DNA of 64,000 bases, from contig JBGSRK010000009.1 of NCBI GenBank assembly GCA_041737595.1, positions 43,233 to 107,232 of the forward strand, in the 5' to 3' direction. This document shows, in pieces, positions 38,597-49,477 of this stretch. Origin of the DNA: Patescibacteria group bacterium (GTDB taxonomy: Bacteria; Patescibacteriota; CPR2; UBA1875). A program made the translations under genes and the position numbers. The notes below the pieces were generated by a model. That model had not been told where the DNA came from. It ran no database searches and was given only the letters and a program-made list of their open reading frames with translations. Every line of letters starts with the position of its first letter. The stretch's first letter is position 1.

Positions 38597-39583
38597 CTAG
38601 CTCTTCAGTAGATTAATGATTAGTTTAATTAGAATATCTTTTTCTTTTGGGTCACTTGAGGCTGTAAGAATCGCGAGTGCAACAAGCGTATTATCATTTA
38701 TTTTCCGCTCACCATCTTTGCGATACAAATATTTATTCTTTTCAAGAAAATAGACAAACAAAATTGATGCGATACGTTTATTACCATCGAAAAAAGCATG
38801 GTCTTTTGTGACTAAATAAAGCAGGTTGGCTGCCTTACTTTCTATAGAATTGTATAAATCGATTCCATCAAAGGTTTGATATATGCTCCCAATTACTGAT
38901 TTAAATTTATGCTCAATTTCTGAACCAAAAAATGAACCAGCTTCATTTGTTGTAAGTAAATTTTGTTTTAAACTCCCGACAATATTAATAGCCGATTCAT
39001 AGGTCAACTCAAACGACGGGATAATGCCTTTTGTCACTCTTAGTTTCTTTGAGTCATACCTGCCAAGAATTGAGATTGAGCTGGAATAATATTCCAAAAC
39101 AGAAAAAAGTTCTTGTTCCTGACCTAAAAGATCTTCGGTTTTGGCACTTTTGCTCAGAAAATTTACAGTGTCCTTTAATTCTTGTAACTTATTTTGACTT
39201 TCTACAAGTAATTTTTGATTTACAACATGCCCCTGAAGTAAATATTGTTTTAGCACATTGTTAGCCCAGATTCTAAATTGCGTTCCCTGAATTGAATTAA
39301 CCCGATAACCTACAGAAATAGTGACGTCTAGGCTATAATAATCAACCTGATATACCTTACCATCAGCGGCAGTTGTTGCATATTTTGCAACAACTGATTT
39401 TCTTTCTAGTTCTTTTTCATTAAATATATTCTTTAGGTGACGTGAAATAACCGATTTATCGCGGTGAAAAAGTTCTGCTATTTGATCAAGTGAAAGCCAC
39501 AGGGTTTCTTTTTCTAACTTAACCTCAAACTGAGTTTGGCCTGTTTTATCTTTATAAATAACTAACTTTTGTGTTTTTACCAT
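38597..39583 (-). CDS. RhuM-like N-terminal domain fused to a Fic/Doc domain
   Basis: N-terminus KLVIYKDKTGQTQFEVKLEKETLWLSLDQIAELF (RhuM-like). C-terminal HAFFDGNKRIA matches the Fic/Doc motif HxFx(D/N)GNKR. Confidence 0.7.
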   Translation of the reverse strand: MVKTQKLVIYKDKTGQTQFEVKLEKETLWLSLDQIAELFHRDKSVISRHLKNIFNEKELERKSVVAKYATTAADGKVYQVDYYSLDVTISVGYRVNSIQGTQFRIWANNVLKQYLLQGHVVNQKLLVESQNKLQELKDTVNFLSKSAKTEDLLGQEQELFSVLEYYSSSISILGRYDSKKLRVTKGIIPSFELTYESAINIVGSLKQNLLTTNEAGSFFGSEIEHKFKSVIGSIYQTFDGIDLYNSIESKAANLLYLVTKDHAFFDGNKRIASILFVYFLEKNKYLYRKDGERKINDNTLVALAILTASSDPKEKDILIKLIINLLKS

Positions 39584-39630
39584 ACCTTAATCATAAGTAT
39601 TATAAATATAAAAACAAGTATACAAAGCTT

Positions 39631-41085
39631 ATGTTTTTTTATAGTATTAAAGTACTTATGTTACACCCATCCCGAATTTTTGTTTTGTATCTTTCTCTGT
39701 TCTTGGTTTCTGTCTGTTATTTTATATTCCATCCAATATTTATCGATAAGATATATTTAATTCCTATCTTAATAATACTTTTGGCGTTTTGGAGAATTAA
39801 ATTTATTAGATACGTATATTTGTTATTATTTGTTATTTTACTTGCCTGTATTCGAACTTTTCCTTATGCCCAATCTCCCGATCTAAATATTTACAAAGAT
39901 AAATTAATTAGTGGATATATCTCATCTGAGCCATACATAGTAGATTCAAAACAAAAATTTACTCTTACTCTTACAGGGTCCCACCCTGTCAAACCTAAAA
40001 TTGAAATCGCCACCAATCAATCTCCTAAATATAAATTTGGTGATGAAATTAAAATCGACGGTAAATTATCGAACGAGTATCTAAATTCATCCCACAAGTC
40101 CAAGAATATTTTTGCCAGAATGTCTTACCCAGATATTAAAGTTACTGGGGAATCGAAACTTCTCTACATCGGAGTAGAGAAGTATCTGCTTAAAATAAAA
40201 AACTTTTTTAAAGACAGAATATCTATGATTTTACCGGAACCACATTCCGGGCTCGTAAATGGCATACTTTTAGGTGAACGTTCAAATATTTCTGATAGTC
40301 TTAAAACTTCACTTTCAAGAACTGGGACAACTCATATTATTGCTCTTTCAGGTTTTAATATTACAATTGTCGCTATTTTTTTAGGATTTTTAACCTCTGG
40401 TTTATCAAGAAAATCTTCGGTCATTATAAGTATTATTGGGATATTTTGTTTTGTGTGTGCAACTGGATTTTCCTCTTCTGCAATCCGGGCCGGTATAATG
40501 GGAACATTACTTGTTCTTTCTAAAATTTTTGGTAGAAAATCTGATGGGATTATAGCAATTATTTTTGCATGCGTAGTAATGACTTTTTTAAATCCAATGA
40601 TACTTTTATATGATATTGGGTTCCAACTTTCATTTTCTGCTGCGTGTGGAATTATCTTTTTTTACCCTAAAATTGAACATTATTTTAATATTTTTGGAAA
40701 AACTATGTCCCAAAACATCGCAGCGACTATATCGGCTATTTTATTTACCTGGCCAATAACTAGTTATTATTTTGAAGTATTTTCTTTGGTTGCACTTTTT
40801 ACAAATATTTTAATACTTCCATTTATAGAATGGCTGATGTTTTTTGGATTTATATCAGTTTTTATTTCGTATATTTCTAAGGGATTAACGGATATTTTTA
40901 TATATATTTGTTGGGGGATGTCTTCATATATATTTAAAGTAATTGAAACATTTTCAAAAATTAATTGGGCAGTTTTGGATTTAAAAATAAATTCATGGAT
41001 ATTTTTAATTGGGTACTTTTTAGTCGTATTTGAAATAATATATATCTTGGGGAATATAAAATATGCAAAAACAAAAAATATTTGA
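39631..41085 (+). CDS. comEC: ComEC/Rec2 competence protein, N-terminal (DUF4131) plus competence domain; ends in an A6 run
   Basis: SLSRTGTTHIIALSGFNITIV (competence domain) and many TM helices. The ORF-track start at 39571 overlaps the divergent Fic start, so a later ATG is preferred. Confidence 0.7.
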   Translation: MFFYSIKVLMLHPSRIFVLYLSLFLVSVCYFIFHPIFIDKIYLIPILIILLAFWRIKFIRYVYLLLFVILLACIRTFPYAQSPDLNIYKDKLISGYISSEPYIVDSKQKFTLTLTGSHPVKPKIEIATNQSPKYKFGDEIKIDGKLSNEYLNSSHKSKNIFARMSYPDIKVTGESKLLYIGVEKYLLKIKNFFKDRISMILPEPHSGLVNGILLGERSNISDSLKTSLSRTGTTHIIALSGFNITIVAIFLGFLTSGLSRKSSVIISIIGIFCFVCATGFSSSAIRAGIMGTLLVLSKIFGRKSDGIIAIIFACVVMTFLNPMILLYDIGFQLSFSAACGIIFFYPKIEHYFNIFGKTMSQNIAATISAILFTWPITSYYFEVFSLVALFTNILILPFIEWLMFFGFISVFISYISKGLTDIFIYICWGMSSYIFKVIETFSKINWAVLDLKINSWIFLIGYFLVVFEIIYILGNIKYAKTKNI

Positions 41086-41908
41086 AAAATTTATTGTAGC
41101 TATATTTATCGCAGGTCTGTTTTTTTTAGGTCTAGATATTTACAGCAAATCAGAGAGTGATATATACCCAGTTGAAGTAACGTTTTTTGATGTAGGGCAA
41201 GGGGATGCATCAATGATAAAGGTAGGGAAAGATAAAGAACTTTTAATAGATGCTGGGCCAAATAGAAAAATTAGTGAAGAATTAGGAAAATATTTAATAC
41301 CAACTGATAATGAAATTGAGGCGGTGATAATTTCACATATGCATGCTGATCATATTTCTGGTCTTAATTATCTTATTAAAGAAAGAAAAATAAATGAAAT
41401 ATTTATTTCGGATCCGGATTATTCTGCGCCTGATGCGGTTGAATTAATATCAAATATTAAGAAATTCAACATAAAAGTAACTAAAATAGAAAGAGGTACA
41501 CATATAGATTTTTATGGTGTAAATATTAATACTTTGTGGCCGGAAAGTGGTTATCTAAGTAATGATCTAAATAATAATTCAGTAATATTTACTGCAAATT
41601 TTGGGGGATGTAACTACTTTTTCCCTGGAGATGCATCAGCGGAAATACAGGAAGGGGTAATTAATAATATAGAAAAAATTAATATTTTAAAAGTTTCACA
41701 CCATGGTTCTAAAACTGGAACATCAGAAAATATTATTAAAAATTTAAATCCAGATTATATAATTATTTCCGTTGGGAAAAATAATCAATACCGCCACCCA
41801 TCAAAATTTACTACTAATTTATTATTACCTTACAAAACATTTAGAACAGATATAAATGGCACTATAAAATTTGGTTGTGATGGAAAAAACAATTTACTTA
41901 TTCCATAA
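41063..41908 (+). CDS. ComEC C-terminal metallo-beta-lactamase domain as a separate ORF overlapping the upstream ORF by 23 nt
   Basis: VTFFDVGQGDASMI...ISHMHADHISGL...VSHHGS. Deleting one A from the A6 run at 41073..41078 fuses it in-frame with the upstream ORF. Confidence 0.7.
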   Translation: MQKQKIFEKFIVAIFIAGLFFLGLDIYSKSESDIYPVEVTFFDVGQGDASMIKVGKDKELLIDAGPNRKISEELGKYLIPTDNEIEAVIISHMHADHISGLNYLIKERKINEIFISDPDYSAPDAVELISNIKKFNIKVTKIERGTHIDFYGVNINTLWPESGYLSNDLNNNSVIFTANFGGCNYFFPGDASAEIQEGVINNIEKINILKVSHHGSKTGTSENIIKNLNPDYIIISVGKNNQYRHPSKFTTNLLLPYKTFRTDINGTIKFGCDGKNNLLIP

Positions 41909-41925
41909 TCTGCTATAATTAAAAT

Positions 41926-42279
41926 ATGCGAAGGGGGAATTCAGGGGTCAAATATTTTTGGCTCGCGGTAGTTCTATACATAATCTTCTCAGTCGGTCGT
42001 TTAGCGTATAAGAATTACCAACTTAATCTAGAAGAGGCTAATCTTAAACAAGATGTAGCTCAACTTCAGGTTGAAATTCAACAATTGAAAAATCAGATAG
42101 TATATTTTCAGTCAGATTCATATAAAGATAAGATGATTCGATCAAAACTAAATATGCAAAAAGAAGGTGAAAAAGTTGTTGTAATCCCAGAATCACCTAA
42201 AATAACTGAGGTATCAGATAAATCTAAAGAAAAATTAAATAATCCGCAAAGATGGATGAGATATTTTTTCGGAATCTAG
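41926..42279 (+). CDS. FtsB/DivIC-like septum-formation initiator (TM + coiled coil)
   Basis: One TM helix, then a heptad-rich segment LEEANLKQDVAQLQVEIQQLKNQI. Confidence 0.45.
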   Translation: MRRGNSGVKYFWLAVVLYIIFSVGRLAYKNYQLNLEEANLKQDVAQLQVEIQQLKNQIVYFQSDSYKDKMIRSKLNMQKEGEKVVVIPESPKITEVSDKSKEKLNNPQRWMRYFFGI

Positions 42280-42326
42280 CGTTGATTTAAAGTTAATAAA
42301 ATGCTAAAATATCAAAGTTAAAACGA

Positions 42327-42401
42327 CGCGGGGTAGAGCAGTGGTAGCTCGTCGGGCTCATAACCCGGAAGTCGCAGGTTCGAATCCTGCCCCCGCTACC
42401 A
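42327..42401 (+). tRNA. tRNA-fMet (CAT) initiator
   Basis: CGCGGGGTAGAGCAGTGGTAGCTCGTCGGGCTCATAACCCGGAAGTCGCAGGTTCGAATCCTGCCCCCGCTACCA. There is a C1:U72 mismatch and three G-C pairs at the base of the anticodon stem. Confidence 0.8.
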
Positions 42402-42425
42402 AGTTTATATATTGACAAAGAATAG

Positions 42426-42515
42426 AATCGACAAAATCTGTCGATTTTGTCGAAAAAGAAGGAATCGCAAAAGGATGAAGACGTTTAATAGCGTCTGAAT
42501 TCAAAAGCAGATTCC
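42426..42515 (+). repeat. Conserved structured inter-tRNA element, copy 1
   Basis: Hairpin TCGACAAAATC-TGTC-GATTTTGTCGA, then core AAATCTGTCGATTTTGTCGAAAAAGAAGGAATCGCAAAAGGATGAAGACG, then hairpin AGACG-N8-CGTCT. It is homologous to 58424..58545. Confidence 0.45.
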
Positions 42516-42520
42516 GACGC

Positions 42521-42597
42521 GGCAGGGTAGCTCAGCTGGTTAGAGCACAGGACTCATAAGCCTGAGGTCGTGGGTTCGAGTCCCACCCCTGCTACCA
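42521..42597 (+). tRNA. tRNA-Met (CAT) elongator or tRNA-Ile2 (lysidine)
   Basis: GGCAGGGTAGCTCAGCTGGTTAGAGCACAGGACTCATAAGCCTGAGGTCGTGGGTTCGAGTCCCACCCCTGCTACCA. The tilS gene lies immediately downstream. Confidence 0.8.
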
Positions 42598-42680
42598 ACG
42601 GACTCGAAGGGTGTGAGTAGGAAACGAATGCATGGAGTTTTCTGTGTGTAGCACCCAGGCTCTTTAGTCGGAGCGAAGAG

Positions 42681-42700
42681 GAGTCCCACCCCTGCTACCA
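42681..42700 (+). repeat. Direct duplicate of the last 20 nt of the preceding tRNA (GAGTCCCACCCCTGCTACCA), 83 nt downstream of it
   Basis: Exact 20-nt match to 42578..42597. Confidence 0.45.
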
Positions 42701-42763
42701 TAAAAATATCTACATTATTTACATATAGAACTATAATAAAGTAAGTTAACGTTTAGGACACCT

Positions 42764-44056
42764 ATGGGGAATAAACCTTTTTTAGATTTAAATAAAAATA
42801 TTTTAGTAAAAAACGACAAATTAATTGTTGCTGTTTCTGGTGGCGTTGATTCTGTTGTACTTTTGGATTTAATTACAAAAAATACTAATTCTAAAAATAT
42901 AATAATCGTGCATATTAATCATGGTTTAAGAAAAGAATCCCTTGATGAAGCTATTTTTGTTGAAAAGTTAGCAAAAAAATATGGCATACAATATGAAACA
43001 TCTAAATTAAATTTAAAAAATCCGACAGAAGAAAATTTAAGAAATTCACGCTATAAGTTTTTAAGAAAAATTAAAGAAAAATATAATGCAAAATACGTCG
43101 TAACCGCTCATCATCTTAATGATCAGGCCGAAACAGTTCTTTTATATTTAACTCGTGGGACTGGACCAACACAAATCTGGGGCATGAAAGAAATTGAAAA
43201 TGATATTTGGCGCCCATTACTCTCATTTTCTAAAAAAGAAATTATTGCTTATGCCAAAGATAATAAATTAAAACACATAACTGATAAATCAAATTTAGAT
43301 TCTAAATATTCTAGAAATCGAATTCGTAACAAAATTATCCCCGAGATTAATAAAATAAATGAAAATTTTTTAACTACGATTCAAAAAGAAATTATACTTG
43401 GGCAAGAATTGGAATATTTTATTAAGGAAGAGACAAAAAAAGCATTAAAAAATATCGCTAGTGGCAATACAATAGACCTTAAAAAGTTTAAAAAACTTAA
43501 TATTTTTATCAAAAAAAGCATTCTTTTTGAAATGTTAAAAACTCATACTCCAAAAAAAGAAGGTATTTATCAAAAAAACGTTAATGAAATATTAAAAATC
43601 GCCGATTCTTCCGGAAATAAAATGTCAAAAATTGGAGGATTTACGGTGAGCAAAAATTATGATAAAATCATCTTTGATTTCAAGAGAAAAAAGTCACAAA
43701 AAAAGACACATTTAGTTTTAGGAGGGAATAACTACAATAATTGGTCACTTATTCTTAGTAAAGAGAAGAATAAAAAGCCCACAAAAAACAATGTTTTACT
43801 CCCAATAAAATACGAAAATGAGCTTTTTGTTAGAAGTTGGAAAACTGGTGACAAAATAAGTACAAATATTGGGACAAAAAAGATTCAAGATATTTTTACT
43901 GACGCAAAAATTGATACGGAAAGTAGAAAAAACTGGCCAATAATTGTTTTTAGAAATAAAATTATTTGGGTCCCGAAACTTCAGGCAAGCATTTATGCGT
44001 TAAAAAAATCAAATGATAATAATTTAATAATTGAGGTGAAAAATGAAAAAAGATAG
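42764..44056 (+). CDS. tilS: tRNA(Ile)-lysidine synthetase
   Basis: PP-loop motif SGGVDS and a TilS-family N-terminal domain. It is adjacent to the CAT tRNAs. Confidence 0.85.
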   Translation: MGNKPFLDLNKNILVKNDKLIVAVSGGVDSVVLLDLITKNTNSKNIIIVHINHGLRKESLDEAIFVEKLAKKYGIQYETSKLNLKNPTEENLRNSRYKFLRKIKEKYNAKYVVTAHHLNDQAETVLLYLTRGTGPTQIWGMKEIENDIWRPLLSFSKKEIIAYAKDNKLKHITDKSNLDSKYSRNRIRNKIIPEINKINENFLTTIQKEIILGQELEYFIKEETKKALKNIASGNTIDLKKFKKLNIFIKKSILFEMLKTHTPKKEGIYQKNVNEILKIADSSGNKMSKIGGFTVSKNYDKIIFDFKRKKSQKKTHLVLGGNNYNNWSLILSKEKNKKPTKNNVLLPIKYENELFVRSWKTGDKISTNIGTKKIQDIFTDAKIDTESRKNWPIIVFRNKIIWVPKLQASIYALKKSNDNNLIIEVKNEKR

Positions 44057-45863
44057 TAATAAAAATTGGATATATATAGTAGGGTTCATTTTTTTAATGA
44101 TTTCTTTCTACTTTATACTTGGTGACCCACTAACTAAAAAAGAAACGGTTCCAATTTCTCAGGTAGCAGAAGAAATTAAAGCAGAAAAAGTAGAATCTAT
44201 TTCTGTATCTGGGACTGAAGTCACTGTAAATTTAAAAGATAATTCAAAACAAACCTCTGAAATTGCTGCAGGACAACAAATTACTACTACATTAAAAGAC
44301 CTTGGAGCAGACCCTTCAAAAGTAAGACTTGAAATCAAGGAGGGCGGGGGGAATAGTATGTTTTGGGCAATATTTATAAGCTTTGCTCCTGTACTTTTAA
44401 TTGTCGGGTTCTTTTGGTATATGATGAAACAGGCGCAGGGTTCAAACAATCAAGCAATGACTTTCGGAAAATCAAAAGCAAAACTTTTTGATCCAAATCG
44501 AGAAAAAGTAACCTTTAATGATGTCGCTGGAGCAGAAGAATCAAAACAAGAACTGTTAGAAATAGTAGAATTTTTGAAATATCCCAAAAAATTCACCGCT
44601 CTTGGAGCAAAAATTCCAAAAGGTGTTCTTCTTTTTGGGCCTCCAGGAACAGGAAAAACATTGATGGCCAGAGCAGTTGCAGGAGAAGCTGGAGTCCCGT
44701 TCTTTTCAATTTCTGGTTCTGAATTTGTTGAAATGTTTGTTGGGGTAGGGGCTTCTCGGGTACGAGATTTATTTTCTCGAGCAAAAAAGAATGCTCCTTG
44801 TATAATTTTTATTGATGAAATTGATGCAGTTGGAAGACAACGAGGATCTGGGCTTGGTGGCTCACATGATGAAAGAGAACAAACCTTAAATCAAATACTG
44901 ACAGAAATGGATGGATTTGAACAAGGTGCAAATGTTATTGTTATGGCCGCTACAAATCGTCCTGATGTTTTAGACCCTGCTCTTCTTAGACCTGGACGGT
45001 TTGATCGTAGAGTAACGCTTGATCTTCCGGATATAAAAGATAGAGAAGCTATTCTTAAAGTACACTCAAAAAATAAACCACTCATAAAGGGCGTTGATCT
45101 TATGGTTGTTGCTAGAAAAACTCCAGGTTTTTCAGGTGCAGATCTATCAAACATGATGAATGAAGCTGCAATTTTCACTGCCAGAGCTAATCGTAAAGAA
45201 ATTACTTTACCTGATCTTTTAGAAGCATCTGAAAAAGTAATGCTTGGACCAGAAAGAAAAAGTATGGTTATTTCTACAAAAGAGAAAGAAATAACTGCTT
45301 ATCATGAAGCGGGTCACGCCATTGTCGGTCATCTTTTAGTGCATACTGACCCTATCCATAAAATATCAATTATATCTCGAGGTATGGCTCTTGGACTTAC
45401 TTGGAGCCTACCCGAAGAAGATAAAAGATTAGTTTCCAAATCTGAAATGGAAGACAAAATTGCTATGGCTCTTGGAGGAAGAATAGCCGAAGAATTAATA
45501 TTCAATGAGATAACAACTGGAGCTGGTTCTGATATGGAAGAGGCAACAAAAACAGCTCGAAATATGGTTACAAGATATGGGATGAGTAAAAACTTAGGGC
45601 CTCAAATATATGGGAAGAGAGATGAATTAGTTTTTCTTGGTAGGGAACTTGCAGAACATGAAAAAAATTATTCTGAAGAAGTTGCAGCTAAAATAGATAA
45701 AGAAGTTTCTGATATTATTACTGAAGCTTATAAAAAAGCATCTTTAGTTATTTCAAAAAATAAGAATAAATTAAAAGAAATTGCGGAAAAACTTATCAAA
45801 AATGAAACAATAGAAGCTGAAGAATTTGAGAAAATAATGGGAGCTAGGCCTAAAAAGAAATAG
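44043..45863 (+). CDS. ftsH: ATP-dependent zinc metalloprotease FtsH
   Basis: [23 protein letters not shown] (AAA+), HEAGHAIVG (HEXXH), and an N-terminal TM anchor. Confidence 0.95.
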   Translation: MKKDSNKNWIYIVGFIFLMISFYFILGDPLTKKETVPISQVAEEIKAEKVESISVSGTEVTVNLKDNSKQTSEIAAGQQITTTLKDLGADPSKVRLEIKEGGGNSMFWAIFISFAPVLLIVGFFWYMMKQAQGSNNQAMTFGKSKAKLFDPNREKVTFNDVAGAEESKQELLEIVEFLKYPKKFTALGAKIPKGVLLFGPPGTGKTLMARAVAGEAGVPFFSISGSEFVEMFVGVGASRVRDLFSRAKKNAPCIIFIDEIDAVGRQRGSGLGGSHDEREQTLNQILTEMDGFEQGANVIVMAATNRPDVLDPALLRPGRFDRRVTLDLPDIKDREAILKVHSKNKPLIKGVDLMVVARKTPGFSGADLSNMMNEAAIFTARANRKEITLPDLLEASEKVMLGPERKSMVISTKEKEITAYHEAGHAIVGHLLVHTDPIHKISIISRGMALGLTWSLPEEDKRLVSKSEMEDKIAMALGGRIAEELIFNEITTGAGSDMEEATKTARNMVTRYGMSKNLGPQIYGKRDELVFLGRELAEHEKNYSEEVAAKIDKEVSDIITEAYKKASLVISKNKNKLKEIAEKLIKNETIEAEEFEKIMGARPKKK

Positions 45864-47479
45864 TGAAAGAAAGAGCTAAAAAATTTTGGTATGAGATTTC
45901 TCAGAAAAAGCTGACAATACCATCGGCTGCTTTAATATTGGCAGTAACCGCAACTATCTCAAATCTTTTAGGTGTATACCGTGAAAGATTAATTGCAGGA
46001 CAATTTGGAGCAACTCATTTAACTGATATTTTTTACGCCAGTTTCAAAATACCCGATCTTATATTTAATTTATTAGTACTTGGGGCTGTTTCATCTGCAT
46101 TCATCCCAATTTTTGTTGATTCTTTAAAAAAAGACACTAAAGAAGAATCAAATTTAATCGCTTCAAACTTTATGAATTTTTTATCGATCGCGACTATCAT
46201 ATTTGGAGTTGTTATTTTTGTTCTTGCAAGAAAACTTGTACCATTTTTACTCCCAGGTTTTTTTGCTAACGGTGTTAATGCAGATTTTAACACTTTTGAG
46301 GTAGCCGTAAATGCGGTCAGGATAATGGTCCTTTCACCTGTTTTTTTCGCAATATCTTCAGTTTTTTCAGGTATATTAAACTCACACAAAAAATTTGTAG
46401 CCTATGCCATGGCGCCAATTGTTTATAATATCTCAATTATTATTGGGATAATCTTCTTTACTAGTAAAACAGGTTCTCCAATTTATGGTCTTTTGTATGG
46501 AGTAATTCTTGGAGCAATTTTACATGCATTAATTCAATTACCTTCTGCTTTTATAAATGGTTTTCGTTGGAAACCGGTCTTAAATTTAAGAAAATACGAA
46601 TTACCTCAAATAATAAAACTAATGGTCCCTAGAACTATTTCTATAGGAGTTGGGCAAATAAATATCTTAGTTGATACAATTATTGCTTCATATTTTGTTG
46701 GCGGGATTACGGTACTTAATTTTGCTAATAATATTCAAACTGTTCCAACAGTAATTTTTGGAATATCAATTGCAACTGCAGTATTCCCACTTTTGGCGGA
46801 AAAATCAGGTCCAGAAAGCAAAAAAGAATTTCTTGCTACATTCTCTGAGTCAGCTCGGAAAATATTATATTTTATGATTCCTGCAGCTATTGGAGTAATT
46901 GTACTCCGGGCACAAATTGTAAGACTTTTATATGGAGTTGGTAATTTTAGTTGGGATAATACTTATTGGACTACAAAAGCACTTGGGTTTTTTGCAATTG
47001 GACTTATTGCACAAGGGTTAATCCCTTTACTTGTTAGAGCCTTTTATGCATTAAAAGATACAAAAACACCGTTGATAATTAGTCTTATTGTTATGGCAAC
47101 AAATTTAATATTTTCTCTTTCTCTCCCATTTATACCAAAACTTGGGCTTGGAATTGCAGGTGTAGCACTTGCCTTTTCTATTGCAGGGTTTGTAAATATT
47201 ATCCTTTTATTCTGGTTTTTACATGGCAAAGTTGGTGCCCTTGATAAAGATAATAAAATTTTTGCATCTACTACAAGACTTTTGTTTTCTGCTACTATTA
47301 TGGGTCTTGTAGCTCATTATTCACTTTATCTATTTGATCCATTTTTGAATACTCACACTGTTATTGGCCTTCTCATACAAACAAGTGGAGCAATTACACT
47401 TGGAGCAATAACTTACTTTGGTCTTTCACATTTTTTCAAATGTGACGAAGCTGGATATATTTTTAAAAAATCTATCTAA
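45863..47479 (+). CDS. murJ: Lipid II flippase MurJ (MviN)
   Basis: 14 TM helices and MOP-family motifs in the N-terminal region. Confidence 0.8.
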   Translation: MKERAKKFWYEISQKKLTIPSAALILAVTATISNLLGVYRERLIAGQFGATHLTDIFYASFKIPDLIFNLLVLGAVSSAFIPIFVDSLKKDTKEESNLIASNFMNFLSIATIIFGVVIFVLARKLVPFLLPGFFANGVNADFNTFEVAVNAVRIMVLSPVFFAISSVFSGILNSHKKFVAYAMAPIVYNISIIIGIIFFTSKTGSPIYGLLYGVILGAILHALIQLPSAFINGFRWKPVLNLRKYELPQIIKLMVPRTISIGVGQINILVDTIIASYFVGGITVLNFANNIQTVPTVIFGISIATAVFPLLAEKSGPESKKEFLATFSESARKILYFMIPAAIGVIVLRAQIVRLLYGVGNFSWDNTYWTTKALGFFAIGLIAQGLIPLLVRAFYALKDTKTPLIISLIVMATNLIFSLSLPFIPKLGLGIAGVALAFSIAGFVNIILLFWFLHGKVGALDKDNKIFASTTRLLFSATIMGLVAHYSLYLFDPFLNTHTVIGLLIQTSGAITLGAITYFGLSHFFKCDEAGYIFKKSI

Positions 47480-48528
47480 AGTTTCAAATTTGGATCAGCA
47501 ACAAAATTATTATTCCCTTTATCACCTTTTTTAATATGATAAAAAGCTGCAGCTCCCATCATCCCTGCATTATCTGTACAAAGATTGAACTCAGGGATAA
47601 TAAATGTAGTTTTGCCTTTAAGTGCAATCGTAAGAGATTCCCTTAATGATTTATTTGCAGCAACCCCACCTGAAAGTATAAATGTCTTTGGTTTATATTT
47701 TTCCACTGCACGAAGTGAATTTTGTACTAATGTGTCTATTACCGCTTTTTGGAATGATGCAGCAATATCATTTTTATTTTTCTCGGTTAATTTATTTTCT
47801 CCGATTTTTTTTACTTGGTTTATTACAGCTGTTTTTAGCCCAGAGAATGAAAAATCCAAAGAAAGTTCCGGATATTTCAAAAACATATCTTCTCCTCTTT
47901 CAGGGCTTGGGGTTAAATCAATAACAGGAAATTTATAAGCATTTTCATCACCCTGTACTGCTGCGACTGAAATTGCTGGCCCTCCTGGATAACCAAGACC
48001 CAAAACTTTTGAAACTTTATCAAAAGCCTCTCCCGCTGCATCATCTTTTGTAGTTCCAATAATCTTATATTCTAAGTGGTCAGACATATAGATAAGCATT
48101 GAATGACCACCAGATACGAGTAAAGCGACTATTGGGAATTTTGGCTTAACGTCAGATAAAAAGTTTGCATAAAAATGACCCTCTAGGTGATTTAGTGGGA
48201 TTATAGGTTTATTATAAACTGCAGCAATTGCCTTTGTTGTTTCGACTCCAACTACAAGAGAACCAATAAGACCAGGGCCTGAGGTAACTGAAAAATAATC
48301 TATATCGGCAATATTTACTTTTGCCTTCGTTAAACATTCTGAGATTACAGGGATAATATTTTCTATATGAGCTCTTGCTGCTACCTCAGGGACAACTCCA
48401 CCAAATTCTTTATGAATATCAATCTGAGAAGAAACAATATTTGAAAGTAAAACAGGATTACCTGATTTTTCTGTTATAACGGCGGCCGATGTTTCATCGC
48501 AAGATGATTCAATTGCTAATATATTCAC
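47476..48528 (-). CDS. tsaD: tRNA t6A threonylcarbamoyltransferase TsaD (Kae1/YgjD)
   Basis: MNILAIESSCDETSAAV ... HLEGH. Confidence 0.9.
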   Translation of the reverse strand: MNILAIESSCDETSAAVITEKSGNPVLLSNIVSSQIDIHKEFGGVVPEVAARAHIENIIPVISECLTKAKVNIADIDYFSVTSGPGLIGSLVVGVETTKAIAAVYNKPIIPLNHLEGHFYANFLSDVKPKFPIVALLVSGGHSMLIYMSDHLEYKIIGTTKDDAAGEAFDKVSKVLGLGYPGGPAISVAAVQGDENAYKFPVIDLTPSPERGEDMFLKYPELSLDFSFSGLKTAVINQVKKIGENKLTEKNKNDIAASFQKAVIDTLVQNSLRAVEKYKPKTFILSGGVAANKSLRESLTIALKGKTTFIIPEFNLCTDNAGMMGAAAFYHIKKGDKGNNNFVADPNLKL

Positions 48529-48565
48529 CCGTGTATTCTATCAGTTATGTTAAAATATTAGAAGT

Positions 48566-49477
48566 ATGCAAAAAGATTTATATAAAAAAAATAATAATAT
48601 TTTCCAATCCAAGGATTGGCTGTCTTTTCAGAGTGATTTTGGGAGAGATATTATAACTAGCAAAAACTTATCTTTTATAAAAATTGATTTACCATTTAAA
48701 AAATTTGGACTTTTATCTCAAAAATCTCCAGAAAAATTTGACCTTAATGAGTTAAAAAAAATTGGAAAAGATAATAATGCGATATTTATAAGAGTTGAGC
48801 CAAAAGAAAATATAAATTTAAAAGAGTTAAAAAAAATAACTAAAAAATCACTGCTTTCCGGTCAAGCATCTCCTAAAGCGACACAAATTTTAGATATTTC
48901 AGGTTCAGAAGATGAAATTTTAAAAAATATGAAACCTAAAACTAGATATAATATTCGTCTCGCTGAAAAAAAGGGCGTAAAAGTAAAGGTTTCAGATAAC
49001 GTAGATGTTTTTTATGAACTACTAGAAAAAACTGCCAAAAGAGAAAAGGGTTATTCTCCACATATAAAAGATTATTATTTAAAAATGATAAAAAATCTAA
49101 AAGATAATAATTTCGCACATATATTTATTGCAGAGCATGATGATGAACCGCTAGCGGGTATTTTAGTTTCCTTTTATGGTGATACTGCAATATATTTACA
49201 TGGCGGGTTTAACGATTTAAAAAGAAATTTTATGGCTCCATATTTATGCCAATGGGAAGCAATAAAATATGCCAAAAGCCAAGGGTGTAAATATTATGAT
49301 TTTTGGGGAGTCGCAGAAAGTAATGACCCGCTTGACCCTTGGGCCGGAATTACAAGATTTAAAGAGGGTTTCGGTGGGGAAAAGGTAATATTTACAGGAA
49401 CTTATGATATTGTTATTAATAAATTCTGGTATAATATTTTAACCTTAGGGGCAAAAATTAAACATATGGTGAAATAA
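48566..49477 (+). CDS. FemAB-family aminoacyltransferase (peptidoglycan interpeptide bridge formation)
   Basis: KTRYNIRLAEKKG ... FYGDTAIYLHGGF ... ITRFKEGFGG. Confidence 0.6.
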   Translation: MQKDLYKKNNNIFQSKDWLSFQSDFGRDIITSKNLSFIKIDLPFKKFGLLSQKSPEKFDLNELKKIGKDNNAIFIRVEPKENINLKELKKITKKSLLSGQASPKATQILDISGSEDEILKNMKPKTRYNIRLAEKKGVKVKVSDNVDVFYELLEKTAKREKGYSPHIKDYYLKMIKNLKDNNFAHIFIAEHDDEPLAGILVSFYGDTAIYLHGGFNDLKRNFMAPYLCQWEAIKYAKSQGCKYYDFWGVAESNDPLDPWAGITRFKEGFGGEKVIFTGTYDIVINKFWYNILTLGAKIKHMVK

